DNA of 48,082 nt from Pseudomonadota bacterium (GTDB taxonomy: Bacteria > Pseudomonadota > Alphaproteobacteria > Micropepsales > Micropepsaceae). The position numbers and the translations under genes were made by a program. The DNA lies in the NCBI GenBank assembly GCA_018242145.1, contig JAFECN010000327.1, positions 1 through 48,082 of the forward strand, written 5' to 3'. Numbering within the stretch: the stretch's first letter is position 1; every line of letters begins with the position of its first letter. The notes under the pieces were generated by a model. The model was not told the DNA's origin, ran no database searches, and saw nothing but the letters and a program-made list of their open reading frames with translations. This document shows, one piece after another, positions 19,318 through 29,104 of the stretch.

Positions 19318-19570
19318 GCTTTTTTGCCGATGCGCGGATTTGCCGGCGCACCTGCGCGAACACGTCCTTGGCGGGATAGGTCCGCCCGGCCTTTATGTCC
19401 GCCAAGCCTTCTTCCAGCGCCTGATCCAGTTTGGCCAGCCGCTTCTCGCGCTCTTCGACAAGGCGAATTCCTTCGCGCAAGACCTCGCTGCGCGAATTGT
19501 AGCGCCCTTTGGCAACGAGTTTTTTTACCGTGGCCTCAAGCCGCTTTCCGAGAACGACGCTGCTGGGCAT
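19310..19570 (-). CDS. parD: Type II antitoxin, ParD family (ribbon-helix-helix)
   Basis: VAKGRYNSRSEVLREGIRL and EGLADIKAGR motifs. Overlaps the toxin start. Confidence 0.9.
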   Translation of the reverse strand: MPSSVVLGKRLEATVKKLVAKGRYNSRSEVLREGIRLVEEREKRLAKLDQALEEGLADIKAGRTYPAKDVFAQVRRQIRASAKKRA

Positions 19571-19608
19571 CGCAAATCCTTAACGTCCATCATGCCGATG
19601 ATATCCGA

Positions 19609-19625
19609 TTGATAACAATTATCAA
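19609..19625. promoter_or_regulatory. Probable ParD(E) operator
   Basis: Perfect inverted repeat TTGATAA-CAA-TTATCAA, about 40 bp upstream of parD. Confidence 0.65.
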
Positions 19626-19667
19626 CGCTCGGAACGCGCCCACGGGCAGGACCGTCGGCAGCCCTTG

Positions 19668-20453
19668 CTACCGGCCTTTGAACGCCGGCGTGCGTTTCTG
19701 CACGAAGGCCAGCATGCCTTCCTTGGCATCTTCGGTGCGCATCAGCGGCAGAAGCTGCAGATAGACGTGATGCACATGCTCGCTGAACGGCTCGGAGAGG
19801 CCCATGCGCATCATGCGCTTGGCGGCCTGCACCGCGAGCGGCGCATTGGCCGCGATTTCCCGTGCCAGTTCGCGCGCGACATCGATCAGATCGGAGTCCG
19901 GCACCACGCGGGCAACAAGGCCCTGGGCGAGAGATTCGTCGGCACTGAGCGTGCGGCCGGTGAAGATGATCTCCGCCGCCTTCTGCCAGCCGAGCAGGCG
20001 CGGCAACAGCCATGTGCCGCCCGACTCCGGCAGGATACCGCGCTTGCAGAACGACAGCGCCAGCTTCGCCGATTGCGCCATGATGCGGATATCGCAACCG
20101 ATGGCTGTGTCCGCGCCATAACCCGCCGCGCCGCCATTGATGGCGCAGATGACCGGCGTGTTGATGTCGTGCAGTACGGTCGGCGGCGCGGAGCGCAGGT
20201 CGATGTCCGTCGCGCTCACGCCGCTTTCGCCCACGGTCTGTTGCCCGGAGGTCTGCATTTTCAGATCGAGGCCGGCGCAGAAGGCGCGTCCTTTGCCCGT
20301 CAGGATGATGCAGCGAACCTCCGGATCGCGATCGGCTTCCAGCAGATAGTCGGATAATGCGCGCAGCATCGGCCCGGAGATCGTGTTCATCCGGTCGGGC
20401 GCGTTCAGTGTGATCGTCGCGATATGCTCCGATACGTCATAGAGCACTTTCAT
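19668..20453 (-). CDS. Enoyl-CoA hydratase/isomerase family protein
   Basis: GRAFCAGLDL, AINGGAAGYG, CDIRI and EDAKEG motifs. The true start may be 20481 (see findings). Confidence 0.92.
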   Translation of the reverse strand: MKVLYDVSEHIATITLNAPDRMNTISGPMLRALSDYLLEADRDPEVRCIILTGKGRAFCAGLDLKMQTSGQQTVGESGVSATDIDLRSAPPTVLHDINTPVICAINGGAAGYGADTAIGCDIRIMAQSAKLALSFCKRGILPESGGTWLLPRLLGWQKAAEIIFTGRTLSADESLAQGLVARVVPDSDLIDVARELAREIAANAPLAVQAAKRMMRMGLSEPFSEHVHHVYLQLLPLMRTEDAKEGMLAFVQKRTPAFKGR

Positions 20454-20555
20454 CGGTCGTGATGCGTTCGGGCTTGTTCATGGCGTCTCTCCCGTGGCTT
20501 TGGGAAAGACTAGGCCCGAAATTCCGTGCTGACGAGATTTACGCTACGGACGCCG

Positions 20556-21335
20556 CTACGTCGGCGGCGGCGCGTGCATGTAGGACTGCACCAGCGATCC
20601 GGCGATCAGCCGCCATCCGTCCACCAGCACGAAGAAGATCAGCTTGAAGGGCAGGGATATCACCGTGGGCGGCAGCATCATCATGCCCATGGACATCAAT
20701 ATGGAGGCCACCGCCATGTCGATGATGAGGAACGGCACGAATATGAGGAACCCGATCTCGAAGGCGCGCTTCAGCTCCGACAGCATGAAGGCGGGTGCCA
20801 GGGTTGTGATCTCGATCTGCAGCGGGTCCTTCGGCGGCTTCTGCTTCTTCATGTCGAGGAAGAGTTCGAGGTCGGAATCGCGCACATGGCCCAGCATGAA
20901 TTTCTTCACCGGCACCGCCGCCTTGGTCAGCGCGTCCTCGGTCGTCATCGTGCCCTGCATCATCGGCTGGATGCCGGCCTGATAGGCTTCGTGCAGCGTC
21001 GGCCCCATTACAAAAAGCGTGAGAAACAGCGACAGCGACACGATCACCGCGTTGGGCGGCGAGGTCTGCACGCCGATGGCGGTGCGCAGCAGCGACAGCA
21101 CGACGACGATGCGCACGAAGCTCGTCATCATGATGAGGATGGACGGCGCCAGGCTCAGGATGGTGATGAGCGCGATGATCTGGACCATGCGGTCGGTGAA
21201 CATGCCGCCCGATAGATCGATCGAAAGCGCCGAAGAACCGGCGCCCGCCGCGGCCGCCGGGGCGGCGGCAAACGCCACGCCCGGCACGAGCAGAAGCAGC
21301 GCCGCGATGGCGAAACCGAGAAGGCGCTTGTTCAT
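20556..21335 (-). CDS. fliP: Flagellar export pore protein FliP
   Basis: MMTSFVRIVVVLSLLRTAIG and MGMMMLPP..ISLPFKL.FFVLVDGW motifs. Confidence 0.96.
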   Translation of the reverse strand: MNKRLLGFAIAALLLLVPGVAFAAAPAAAAGAGSSALSIDLSGGMFTDRMVQIIALITILSLAPSILIMMTSFVRIVVVLSLLRTAIGVQTSPPNAVIVSLSLFLTLFVMGPTLHEAYQAGIQPMMQGTMTTEDALTKAAVPVKKFMLGHVRDSDLELFLDMKKQKPPKDPLQIEITTLAPAFMLSELKRAFEIGFLIFVPFLIIDMAVASILMSMGMMMLPPTVISLPFKLIFFVLVDGWRLIAGSLVQSYMHAPPPT

Positions 21336-21643
21336 GCCGCGGTCTCCGGCGCCAAGGTCAATTGTGTTTCGTCCGCACGCTGCTGCGCGGGAATGCCGTT
21401 CTCGACAACGCTCGCGCCGTTCGGTCCGACAAGAAGCAGATGCTCCACGCCGTCGCGGCGCAGAAGAAAGAGCTTGTGGCGCGGCCCGATCATCAGCGTC
21501 TCCACGACGCTCAGTCTTTTCTGTGCTGTGCCCGGCAGAACGCCCGGCACGCCGAAGCGCCTGGCGGCCAGCCACGCGACACCCAGAAGCCCGCCGACGA
21601 GAAGCAGGGAAGCGAAATATCGTCCGATATCGAGAACGTCCAT
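21332..21643 (-). CDS. fliO: Flagellar biosynthesis protein FliO
   Basis: TM helix followed by RLSVVE..L.RRDGVEHLLLVG. Directly upstream of fliP. Confidence 0.85.
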   Translation of the reverse strand: MDVLDIGRYFASLLLVGGLLGVAWLAARRFGVPGVLPGTAQKRLSVVETLMIGPRHKLFLLRRDGVEHLLLVGPNGASVVENGIPAQQRADETQLTLAPETAA

Positions 21644-21668
21644 GGCGCGCATTCAAAGCGCGGTAACC

Positions 21669-21683
21669 TTAAGCGGCCGTTAA
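21669..21683. promoter_or_regulatory. CtrA-binding site (fliO side)
   Basis: TTAA-GCGGCCG-TTAA. Confidence 0.8.
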
Positions 21684-21721
21684 GAGCGGGAAGAAACTGC
21701 CGGGCAAAAAGCTCCACCGTG

Positions 21722-21736
21722 TTAAGCGGCGCTTAA
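21722..21736. promoter_or_regulatory. CtrA-binding site (flgB side)
   Basis: TTAA-GCGGCGC-TTAA, with an extra half-site GTTAA at 21761. Confidence 0.8.
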
Positions 21737-21793
21737 TCGTTCGGGCGCAATGTCGTGCGCGTTAAGGCTAACGATCCGTAAAAGGAGGGGCTT

Positions 21794-22201
21794 ATGCAGA
21801 TTGCCAATATCCCGCTTCTGGGTCTGCTGCGCGAGCGCATGTCGTGGCTCAACGCCCGTCAGGACACGCTTTCGCAGAACGTGGCGAACGCGGATTCGCC
21901 GGGCTATCTCGCCCGCGATCTGAAACCGATGAATTTCGAAGACATGATGAAGCGCGTGAACGGCAGCGACAGCGCCGGTCTCACCACCACGAACGCGCGG
22001 CACATCAATATCGCCCCGGCGCAGACCGACGGCTTCACCGGCGTGGATTCGCCCGACACCGAGGCTTCCATCACCGGCAACACGGTCTCGCTCGAAGCCG
22101 AAATGATCAAGGTGGCCGATACGCAGGCGCAGTTTCAGGCCGCGACCAATCTCTATGGCAAGGCGCTCTCGATGATGCGCACGGCCATCGGAAATCCGTA
22201 A
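21794..22201 (+). CDS. flgB: Flagellar basal body rod protein FlgB
   Basis: RQ..LSQNVANADSPGY and GNTVSLEAEM motifs. Confidence 0.95.
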   Translation: MQIANIPLLGLLRERMSWLNARQDTLSQNVANADSPGYLARDLKPMNFEDMMKRVNGSDSAGLTTTNARHINIAPAQTDGFTGVDSPDTEASITGNTVSLEAEMIKVADTQAQFQAATNLYGKALSMMRTAIGNP

Positions 22202-22216
22202 AAGGAGTAACCGGAA

Positions 22217-22627
22217 ATGGATCTGAACGCTTCCATGGTGATCGCCGCGTCCGGCATGCGCGCGCAATCCAACCGCATGCGCATCATCGCGGAGAACATC
22301 GCCAACGCCAATTCCACCGCCTCCACGCCCGACGGCGATCCCTATCGCCGCAAGGTGGCGACGGTGAAATCCGATTTCGACCGCGATCTGAACGCCACGC
22401 TGGTGGAATCGGGCAAGCCGGTCGAGGACATGAGCGCGTTCCGCTCGCAATACGATCCGGGCAATCCCGCCGCCGACAAGCAGGGCTATGTGAAGCTGCC
22501 CAACGTCAATCCGCTGATCGAAGTGATGGACATGCGCGAGGCGCAGCGCTCCTACGAAGCCGATCTCAATGTGATGGAAGCGACGAAGTCGATGCTGTCG
22601 CGCACCGTCGATCTTCTGAAGCGATAA
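22217..22627 (+). CDS. flgC: Flagellar basal body rod protein FlgC
   Basis: AENIANA, PYRRK and YDPGNPAAD.QGYV.LPNVN motifs. Confidence 0.96.
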   Translation: MDLNASMVIAASGMRAQSNRMRIIAENIANANSTASTPDGDPYRRKVATVKSDFDRDLNATLVESGKPVEDMSAFRSQYDPGNPAADKQGYVKLPNVNPLIEVMDMREAQRSYEADLNVMEATKSMLSRTVDLLKR

Positions 22628-22638
22628 GGAGCTAAACG

Positions 22639-22944
22639 ATGGTTGCACCCCTCGCAGGCGTCGCCGCCTATCAGGCGACCGCGAAACTCGGCGGTTCCGG
22701 CGCTGCCGGCGCCGCGCAAGGCGCAGGCTCCAGCTTCGGCGATTTTCTTTCGGGCGCGATGAAAGACGCCATCGGCACGATGAAGCAGGGCGAGCAGGCC
22801 GCTGCCCAGCAGGCCGCGGGCAAGGGCGACATGGTCAGCGTCGTCAACGCCGTCAACCAGGCCGAGTTGACGCTCGATACCGTCGTCGCCGTCCGCGACA
22901 AGGTCATCCAGGCCTACCAGTCCATCATGCAGATGCCGATCTGA
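22639..22944 (+). CDS. fliE: Flagellar hook-basal body protein FliE
   Basis: C-terminus VRDKVIQAYQSIMQMPI. Confidence 0.95.
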   Translation: MVAPLAGVAAYQATAKLGGSGAAGAAQGAGSSFGDFLSGAMKDAIGTMKQGEQAAAQQAAGKGDMVSVVNAVNQAELTLDTVVAVRDKVIQAYQSIMQMPI

Positions 22945-22963
22945 CGCGAAAGACACACCGAAC

Positions 22964-23227
22964 ATGACATCCGCCGATTCCATCGACTTCGCGCGCGAAA
23001 GCATCTGGGTTCTTCTGGAGATCGCCGCGCCCGCCATGCTGGCTGCCCTCGTCGTCGGCCTTGTGGTGGGCCTGCTGCAGGCGCTCACCCAGATTCAGGA
23101 GCAGACGCTGGTCTTCGTGCCCAAGATCATCGCGATCTTTCTGGTGCTGCTCATCACGCTGCCCTTCGCGGGCTCGGCGATGAACGCTTTCATGACCGAT
23201 GTGGCCGCCAGGATAGCGGCGTATTAG
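22964..23227 (+). CDS. fliQ: Flagellar export protein FliQ
   Basis: QALTQIQEQTLVFVPK motif. Confidence 0.96.
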   Translation: MTSADSIDFARESIWVLLEIAAPAMLAALVVGLVVGLLQALTQIQEQTLVFVPKIIAIFLVLLITLPFAGSAMNAFMTDVAARIAAY

Positions 23228-23236
23228 CGAGCGCCC

Positions 23237-24004
23237 GTGGCGATCCATCTCAACGATCTGTCGGGGACCTTTCTTCTCTACTTCCTCGTCTTCGCGCGCG
23301 TCGGCAGCATGGTCATGCTTCTGCCCGCCATCGGAGACGCGGGCGTTCCGGCGCGCGTGCGCCTGGCGCTGGCGCTGGCGATCTCGCTCGCGATGGCGCC
23401 CGCGCTCGTCGGCACCTATCCGCATGTCGATCCCACATCGCCCATCGCGCTGGGCGTGATCCTGACGCAGGAAGTGGTCGCCGGCCTTCTCGTCGGCGGC
23501 ATGGCGCGCATCATCATGGCGGCGCTCTCCGTCGCGGGGCAGCTTATCGCCACCCAGACGGGCCTCGCCTACACGCAGACCATCGACCCCACCTTCGGCG
23601 AGCAGGGCGCCATTCTGGGCACCTTCTTCAACATGCTGGGCGTGGTGCTGATCTTCGCCACCAATCTGCATCACCTGGCCATCGGCGCGATCCACGGCAG
23701 CTACGCCATGATCCCACCGGGCGCGCCGCTGCCTTACGGCGACATGGCGCAGGAAGCGATCAATCTGGTCAGCGGCACCTTCACGCTCGGCCTCGAACTG
23801 GCCGCGCCCTTTCTGGTGGTGGGGCTGGCCATCAACAGCGCCATCGGCCTGCTCGCGCGGCTGGTGCCGCAGATCCAGGTTTTCTTCATCGCCCAGCCAG
23901 TGAACATCCTCGCCGGCTTTTTCGTGATGATGCTGCTGATGGGATCGCTGATGACCCTGTTCCTCAACTACTACGCCACCGAGATGGGACGCTTTCTGGG
24001 CTAG
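23237..24004 (+). CDS. fliR: Flagellar export protein FliR
   Basis: FARVG..LP, P.RVR, LHH and RLVPQIQVFF motifs. Confidence 0.95.
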   Translation: MAIHLNDLSGTFLLYFLVFARVGSMVMLLPAIGDAGVPARVRLALALAISLAMAPALVGTYPHVDPTSPIALGVILTQEVVAGLLVGGMARIIMAALSVAGQLIATQTGLAYTQTIDPTFGEQGAILGTFFNMLGVVLIFATNLHHLAIGAIHGSYAMIPPGAPLPYGDMAQEAINLVSGTFTLGLELAAPFLVVGLAINSAIGLLARLVPQIQVFFIAQPVNILAGFFVMMLLMGSLMTLFLNYYATEMGRFLG

Positions 24005-24007
24005 GCC

Positions 24008-25084
24008 ATGGCGGACGATCGCGACGATTCCCAAAGAACCGAAGAGCCGACCCAACGAAGGTTGGAGGAGGCCGAGAAGCATGGCGACATCGTCAAATCC
24101 ACCGAAGTCACCACCTTCATCGTGCTTCTGGGCGCCACGCTGACCATCGGAATTTTCGGCCACTCCACCGCGATGAAATTCACCGACATGTTCCGCATGT
24201 TCCTGGAGCAGCCGGATCAGATTGCCGTGGATTCCACCGGCGTCATGGCGCTTTTCCGGCATCTGCTGCTGGCGCTTGCGATCATTCTGGGTCCCATCTT
24301 CGCCCTTCTGGCGCTGACGGGCCTGAGCAGCCACATCGTCCAGCATCGGCCCTCGATATCGCTGGAGCGCATCGCGCCGAATTTTTCCAAGCTCTCGCCG
24401 CTCAGCGGCCTGAAGAAGATCTTCGGCTTCGACGGCGTCATCAATCTGGGCAAGGGCATCATCAAGATCGCCATCGTCGGCGGCGTGTTGTGGACCGTGC
24501 TGTGGCCGATGCGTGGCACGATCGGCGGCCTTCTGGGCGCCGAGCCGCAGCAGATTGCCGCCGCGATGATGGGGCTGCTGACGAAGTTGTTGACGGCCAC
24601 CCTCAGCGTGCTCGCCGTCATCGCGGTGCTGGATTACGTCCTGCAGCGCTACCGCTTCCTGCAGCGCAACCGCATGTCCAAGCAGGAGATCAAGGAAGAA
24701 TACCGCCAGACCGAAGGCGATCCCGCAGTCAAGGCGAAGGTCAAGCAGATCCGCCAGGAGCGCGCCCGCCGCCGCATGATGGCAGCGGTGCCGCAGGCCA
24801 CCGTCGTCATCATGAACCCGACCCACTTTGCCGTGGCGCTCAAATACGAGTCCGGCAAGATGGCCGCGCCGGTCTGTGTGGCCAAGGGCGTGGACGCGCT
24901 GGCGCTCAAGATCCGTGCCGTCGCCGAGGAGCACGAGGTGCCGGTGGTGGAGAACCCGCCGCTCGCCCGCGCGCTTTATGCCACCGTCGAGATCGACGAG
25001 CCGGTCCCCGCCGAGCACTACAAGGCCGTGGCCCAGGTCATCGGCTACGTCATGAAGCTGACCGGCAAGATTCGCCCGAACTAG
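24008..25084 (+). CDS. flhB: Flagellar export protein FlhB
   Basis: TEEPT, EGDP, NPTH autocleavage site and PLARALY. Confidence 0.96.
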   Translation: MADDRDDSQRTEEPTQRRLEEAEKHGDIVKSTEVTTFIVLLGATLTIGIFGHSTAMKFTDMFRMFLEQPDQIAVDSTGVMALFRHLLLALAIILGPIFALLALTGLSSHIVQHRPSISLERIAPNFSKLSPLSGLKKIFGFDGVINLGKGIIKIAIVGGVLWTVLWPMRGTIGGLLGAEPQQIAAAMMGLLTKLLTATLSVLAVIAVLDYVLQRYRFLQRNRMSKQEIKEEYRQTEGDPAVKAKVKQIRQERARRRMMAAVPQATVVIMNPTHFAVALKYESGKMAAPVCVAKGVDALALKIRAVAEEHEVPVVENPPLARALYATVEIDEPVPAEHYKAVAQVIGYVMKLTGKIRPN

Positions 25085-25872
25085 CGCATTTCCAGCTTTA
25101 GCGCGCGCGTTGCCATGCATGTCGGAAAATATCGAGAGCGTCTGCTCCGCGGATCGCGATCTTTATCCTCGAACATATGGGTCAGCACAAAGCCCGCCTC
25201 CATCTGACCGCCGATCTGTTCTTCGAGTGTGTGACTGAATTCGACGGTGTGATCGCGCGCGATAAAACGCCGAAGCTCATCCGGCGAACGGTCCACGACA
25301 TCCGCGTAAGGCAAGGCGAACTTCACGGCGAGCTGGTCTGCGTCTTCGGCTTCGGCATCGAAAACATAGACGATCGGGTTCATGAAGCCTGCTAGCAACA
25401 CGCCACCGGCCCGCAGCACGCGATAACACTCGCGCCAAACGGGCGTGATTTCGGGCGCATAGCAATTCGAGACAGGGTGAAAGATCAGATCGAACCGGCC
25501 ATCCGCGAAAGCCGACAGATCGTGCATGAAACCTTGCCGGATTGTCAGTGAAAGACCATCGCGACGCGAAACCGCCTCGTCTTGCGCAAGTTGCCCGGCA
25601 GACGCATCGAACACCACGACATTTGCGCCAGCAGCAGCGAGGATCGGGCCTTGCTGGCCGCCGCCGGAAGCCAAGCAGAGCACATCTTTCCCCTTCAGTT
25701 CCCCAAACCAGTCTTTTGGAACGGCCTTGTTCGGCGTTAGGACGACGGACCAGTTTCCCGCCCGTGCCTCCTGGATTTCTTCCGGGTAGACCGGACAGGT
25801 CCAGATGTCCTGCTCTTCCACCCGCCGATCCCAGCCGTCGCGATTGATCTTGTGAAGCTCGTCCGCCCGCAT
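25081..25872 (-). CDS. Class I SAM-dependent methyltransferase
   Basis: VLCLASGGGQQG, FDLIFHPVSN and RVLRAGGVL motifs. GGGAGG RBS. Convergent 4-bp overlap with flhB. Confidence 0.9.
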   Translation of the reverse strand: MRADELHKINRDGWDRRVEEQDIWTCPVYPEEIQEARAGNWSVVLTPNKAVPKDWFGELKGKDVLCLASGGGQQGPILAAAGANVVVFDASAGQLAQDEAVSRRDGLSLTIRQGFMHDLSAFADGRFDLIFHPVSNCYAPEITPVWRECYRVLRAGGVLLAGFMNPIVYVFDAEAEDADQLAVKFALPYADVVDRSPDELRRFIARDHTVEFSHTLEEQIGGQMEAGFVLTHMFEDKDRDPRSRRSRYFPTCMATRALKLEMR

Positions 25873-26027
25873 TGGTGCCTCCCTCGGCTGCTCTGACCCG
25901 GAGCACGACTTTTGCCTTCATGCTGCCGGAAGCGAGCCATTTAGCTCTTCAGCCGGGTTAACCGCCAAGCTCTTTGTCCCTGCAAAACGGGGAAGAAAGA
26001 AGGCCGTCATTCGCGTAATATCGATTC

Positions 26028-28127
26028 GTGACGGTTCGCGCGCTCAGCATCGGTACTTATGGCCTGCCCGCCGGCGCCTGGCGCTGGGCGGCGACGGGCT
26101 TTGTCATTCTGGCCCTGGCCGCCGCCGGGCTGGCCGTCGGCGCGCCCGATGCCGCGCGCTGGGCCGGCGTGGCGCTGCTCGCCGGGATCGGCGCCGTCGC
26201 TTCCATCTTCTTATATGCGATCTGGCCGCGCGAACCTGTAAGTGCCGACGAGGCGCGGCTCATCGCGGAAGCCGCCGCGCGCGCCAATGTCGCCTGGGCG
26301 GTGACGGGCCCGGACGGCGCGGTCATCGACTGCAACGACATCTATCGCGGCATGTCCGGCACGCCCAAAACCGACGCTCCGCCGCCGCCGGAACTGGCGC
26401 TGGGCAATGAGGCGTCGTCCGCCACGCTCTATCGCCTGACCAGGAGCGCCGCGGATCGCGAAGCACGCGAGGAAGTCTTCTCCATCGGCGGCGGCATCGA
26501 GATCACCGCCGCGGTGCGCCCGCTGGCGAACGGCACCTGCGCGTGGTGGTTCGCGCCGCGCCTCGTTGTGCATGATGTCGTGCACGATGCCGCGCTGCGC
26601 GCCGCCGCACCGGCACCCGCCCCGCAACTGGCCACCGCGTTGTTCCGCGATGCGCCGATCGGTGTCGCCATCGCGGATGCCGACGGGCGCATCGTCGAAG
26701 CCAACAATGCCTTTGCCGAATTCCTCAACGCCGTCGCCGGCCGCAACATCGGCGATCTGGTCGAGCCCGCCGACAAGGCCACCGTGCTCGACATCCTGTC
26801 CAAGGCGAAGGACACGGCGCATGGCAACACGGCGGAACTTCGTCCCGTCGGCCAGCCGGAGCGCATGGCGGAACTCTACGCCACGCCCGCCAACGGCGGC
26901 ACATCTTCAAACTCGGGCCGCATCATTCTTTATCTGGTCGATGTCACCGATCAGAAGGCGCTGGAAACGAAATTCGCGCAGTCGCAGAAGATGCAGGCCG
27001 TGGGCAAGCTGGCGGGCGGCGTGGCGCACGACTTCAACAACATCCTCACCGTTATCATCGGCAATTCCGAATTTCTTTTGATGCGTCACACGGCGGGCGA
27101 TCCGTCGTTCAACGAGATCAACCTCATCCATCAGGACGCGCTGCGCGCCGCCAATCTGGTCAAGCAGCTTCTCGCCTTCAGCCGCGAGCAGACGATGCAG
27201 CCCAAAGTGCTGGCGCTGAACGGCGCCATCGCGGAGATGCATCAACTGCTCAGCCGCCTCGTCGGCGAGGGCATCGAGATAAAGCTGGAGAACGCGCCGG
27301 ACCTGTGGCCGGTCAACGCCGATGAATCGCAGCTCACCAATGCGATCATGAATCTCGTGGTGAATGCGCGCGATGCCATGCCCAAGAGCGGCACGATCAC
27401 CATCCGCACCGCGAACGAATCCGTGCCGCAGCCGCGCGCGCTCGGCGCCGCGATCATGCCGGCGGACGACTATGTGCGCATCGATGTCGCCGATCAGGGC
27501 AGCGGCATTGCCAAGGAGCACATCGGCAAGATCTTCGATCCGTTCTTCACGACCAAGCCGGTGGGGCAGGGCACCGGCCTTGGCCTCGCCACCGTTTACG
27601 GCATCGTCAAGCAGACCGGCGGCTACATCACCGTGGACAGCGAGATCGGCAAGGGCACGACCTTCTCGATCTTCCTGCCGCGCTTCAAGGGCGAGATGCC
27701 CGCGCCCGCCGTGGAAGCCGCGCCCGCGCGCGACATCACGGGACAGGACACGATCCTGCTGGTCGAAGACGAAGAGGCCGTGCGCAGCTTCGCGGCGCGG
27801 GCCTTGCGCGTGCGCGGCTACAAGGTGCTGGAAGCGCCGGGCGGCGAGGAAGCGCTGGAACTTGTGCGGGGTCACCCCGGCCCGATCCATCTGCTCATCA
27901 CCGATGTGGTGATGCCGAACATGGACGGCCCGACTCTGGTGCGCAATCTGAAGCGCCTGCGCCCGGAGATTTCGGTGATCTTCATGTCGGGCTATGCGGA
28001 GGAAGCCTTCCGCCGCAACGAGCAGAACACCGCCGACATGCATTTCCTGCCCAAGCCCTTCGGGCTCAAGCAATTGGCGGCAAAGGTGAAAGACGTCCTC
28101 TCCGCCGCGCCCGCGGCGAAGCCCTGA
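26028..28127 (+). CDS. cckA: Cell-cycle hybrid histidine kinase CckA
   Basis: Two TM helices, PAS, H-box [27 protein letters not shown] and receiver LLITDVVMP. Located between flhB and recA. Confidence 0.88.
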   Translation: MTVRALSIGTYGLPAGAWRWAATGFVILALAAAGLAVGAPDAARWAGVALLAGIGAVASIFLYAIWPREPVSADEARLIAEAAARANVAWAVTGPDGAVIDCNDIYRGMSGTPKTDAPPPPELALGNEASSATLYRLTRSAADREAREEVFSIGGGIEITAAVRPLANGTCAWWFAPRLVVHDVVHDAALRAAAPAPAPQLATALFRDAPIGVAIADADGRIVEANNAFAEFLNAVAGRNIGDLVEPADKATVLDILSKAKDTAHGNTAELRPVGQPERMAELYATPANGGTSSNSGRIILYLVDVTDQKALETKFAQSQKMQAVGKLAGGVAHDFNNILTVIIGNSEFLLMRHTAGDPSFNEINLIHQDALRAANLVKQLLAFSREQTMQPKVLALNGAIAEMHQLLSRLVGEGIEIKLENAPDLWPVNADESQLTNAIMNLVVNARDAMPKSGTITIRTANESVPQPRALGAAIMPADDYVRIDVADQGSGIAKEHIGKIFDPFFTTKPVGQGTGLGLATVYGIVKQTGGYITVDSEIGKGTTFSIFLPRFKGEMPAPAVEAAPARDITGQDTILLVEDEEAVRSFAARALRVRGYKVLEAPGGEEALELVRGHPGPIHLLITDVVMPNMDGPTLVRNLKRLRPEISVIFMSGYAEEAFRRNEQNTADMHFLPKPFGLKQLAAKVKDVLSAAPAAKP

Positions 28128-28213
28128 TTTTTGCACTGCACCTAACGCAAATGTGTCTGCGGCGCCTCCGCGCGCGCGGATAAAGTGCGCGCGTTCTTCG
28201 GGAGGATATTTCC

Positions 28214-28939
28214 ATGAAAAAGATTTTGCTGGGCGCCGTGATGGTGCTTGCGCTGGGCGGCGCGGCGTTGGCCGCCGCCGTGCCGGATTATGTGACCAAA
28301 GCCGTCAGCGAGACGACGCGGCCGAAAACCGACACCGGCCGCGATGCGCTGCGTCTGCCCGCCGAAACCATCGCCTTTGCCGGCGTGAAGCCCGGCATGA
28401 AAGTCGCCGAACTGTTTCCCGGCGGCGGCTATTTCACCCGCATGTTGAGCGATGTCGTCGGTCCCACCGGCCACATCTATGGAATCGAGAACGCCAAATG
28501 GGATGACGGCTCCGACGCCAAGGTCGCCGCCAATCACAAGAACGTCTCCATCCAGATCGTGAAATTCGGCGAATTCGATCTGCCGCAGAAGGTGGACCTG
28601 TTCTGGATCACGCAGAACTATCACGACCTGCACATCGCCAAATACGGCAAGGTGGACATGGCCGCATTCAACAAGCATGTGTTCGACGTGCTGAAGAAAG
28701 GCGGCACCTACTTCATCCTCGATCATCAGGCCAATCCCGGCACCACCGAAGCCGATATCGAGAAGCTGCACCGTATCGAGAAGGCGCAGGTGATCCGCGA
28801 AGTCGAAGCCGCCGGGTTCAAGCTTGCCGCCGAGGGCGACGCCCTGCATCGCCCGGGCGACGATCACACCAAGTCGATCTTCGACAAATCCATCCAGGGC
28901 CACACCGACCAGTACATGCTGAAGTTCGTGAAGCCCTGA
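28214..28939 (+). CDS. Predicted secreted class I methyltransferase-like protein (COG4798-like)
   Basis: Signal peptide; VAELFPGGGYFT, NYHD, DH and LHRI motifs. Confidence 0.8.
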   Translation: MKKILLGAVMVLALGGAALAAAVPDYVTKAVSETTRPKTDTGRDALRLPAETIAFAGVKPGMKVAELFPGGGYFTRMLSDVVGPTGHIYGIENAKWDDGSDAKVAANHKNVSIQIVKFGEFDLPQKVDLFWITQNYHDLHIAKYGKVDMAAFNKHVFDVLKKGGTYFILDHQANPGTTEADIEKLHRIEKAQVIREVEAAGFKLAAEGDALHRPGDDHTKSIFDKSIQGHTDQYMLKFVKP

Positions 28940-28953
28940 TTGTTCTATTCGGT

Positions 28954-29078
28954 TGTCATGGCCCGCGAAAGCGGGCCACCCAGTTGACGTTCGCGCATCT
29001 CTCGAAAAGGGAGACGGCGAATTTCTTTCGCGATAGGTTAAGTGTCACCGGGGTGGTCCGCTTTCGCGGGCCATGACA
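28954..29078. repeat. GTCAT-family REPIN-like palindromic element (copy A1)
   Basis: TGTCATGGCCCGCGAAAGCGGGCCACCC ... GGGTGGTCCGCTTTCGCGGGCCATGACA. Confidence 0.9.
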
Positions 29079-29104
29079 CTCTGTTTTGCGGGACGCTTGT
29101 GGGA

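Noticed and set aside
22925-25120. Long antisense ORFs (also 29583-31568, 33984-36113, 38173-40086, 43966-45834)
   Set aside because: Shadow frames of well-supported high-GC genes, with no recognisable motifs.
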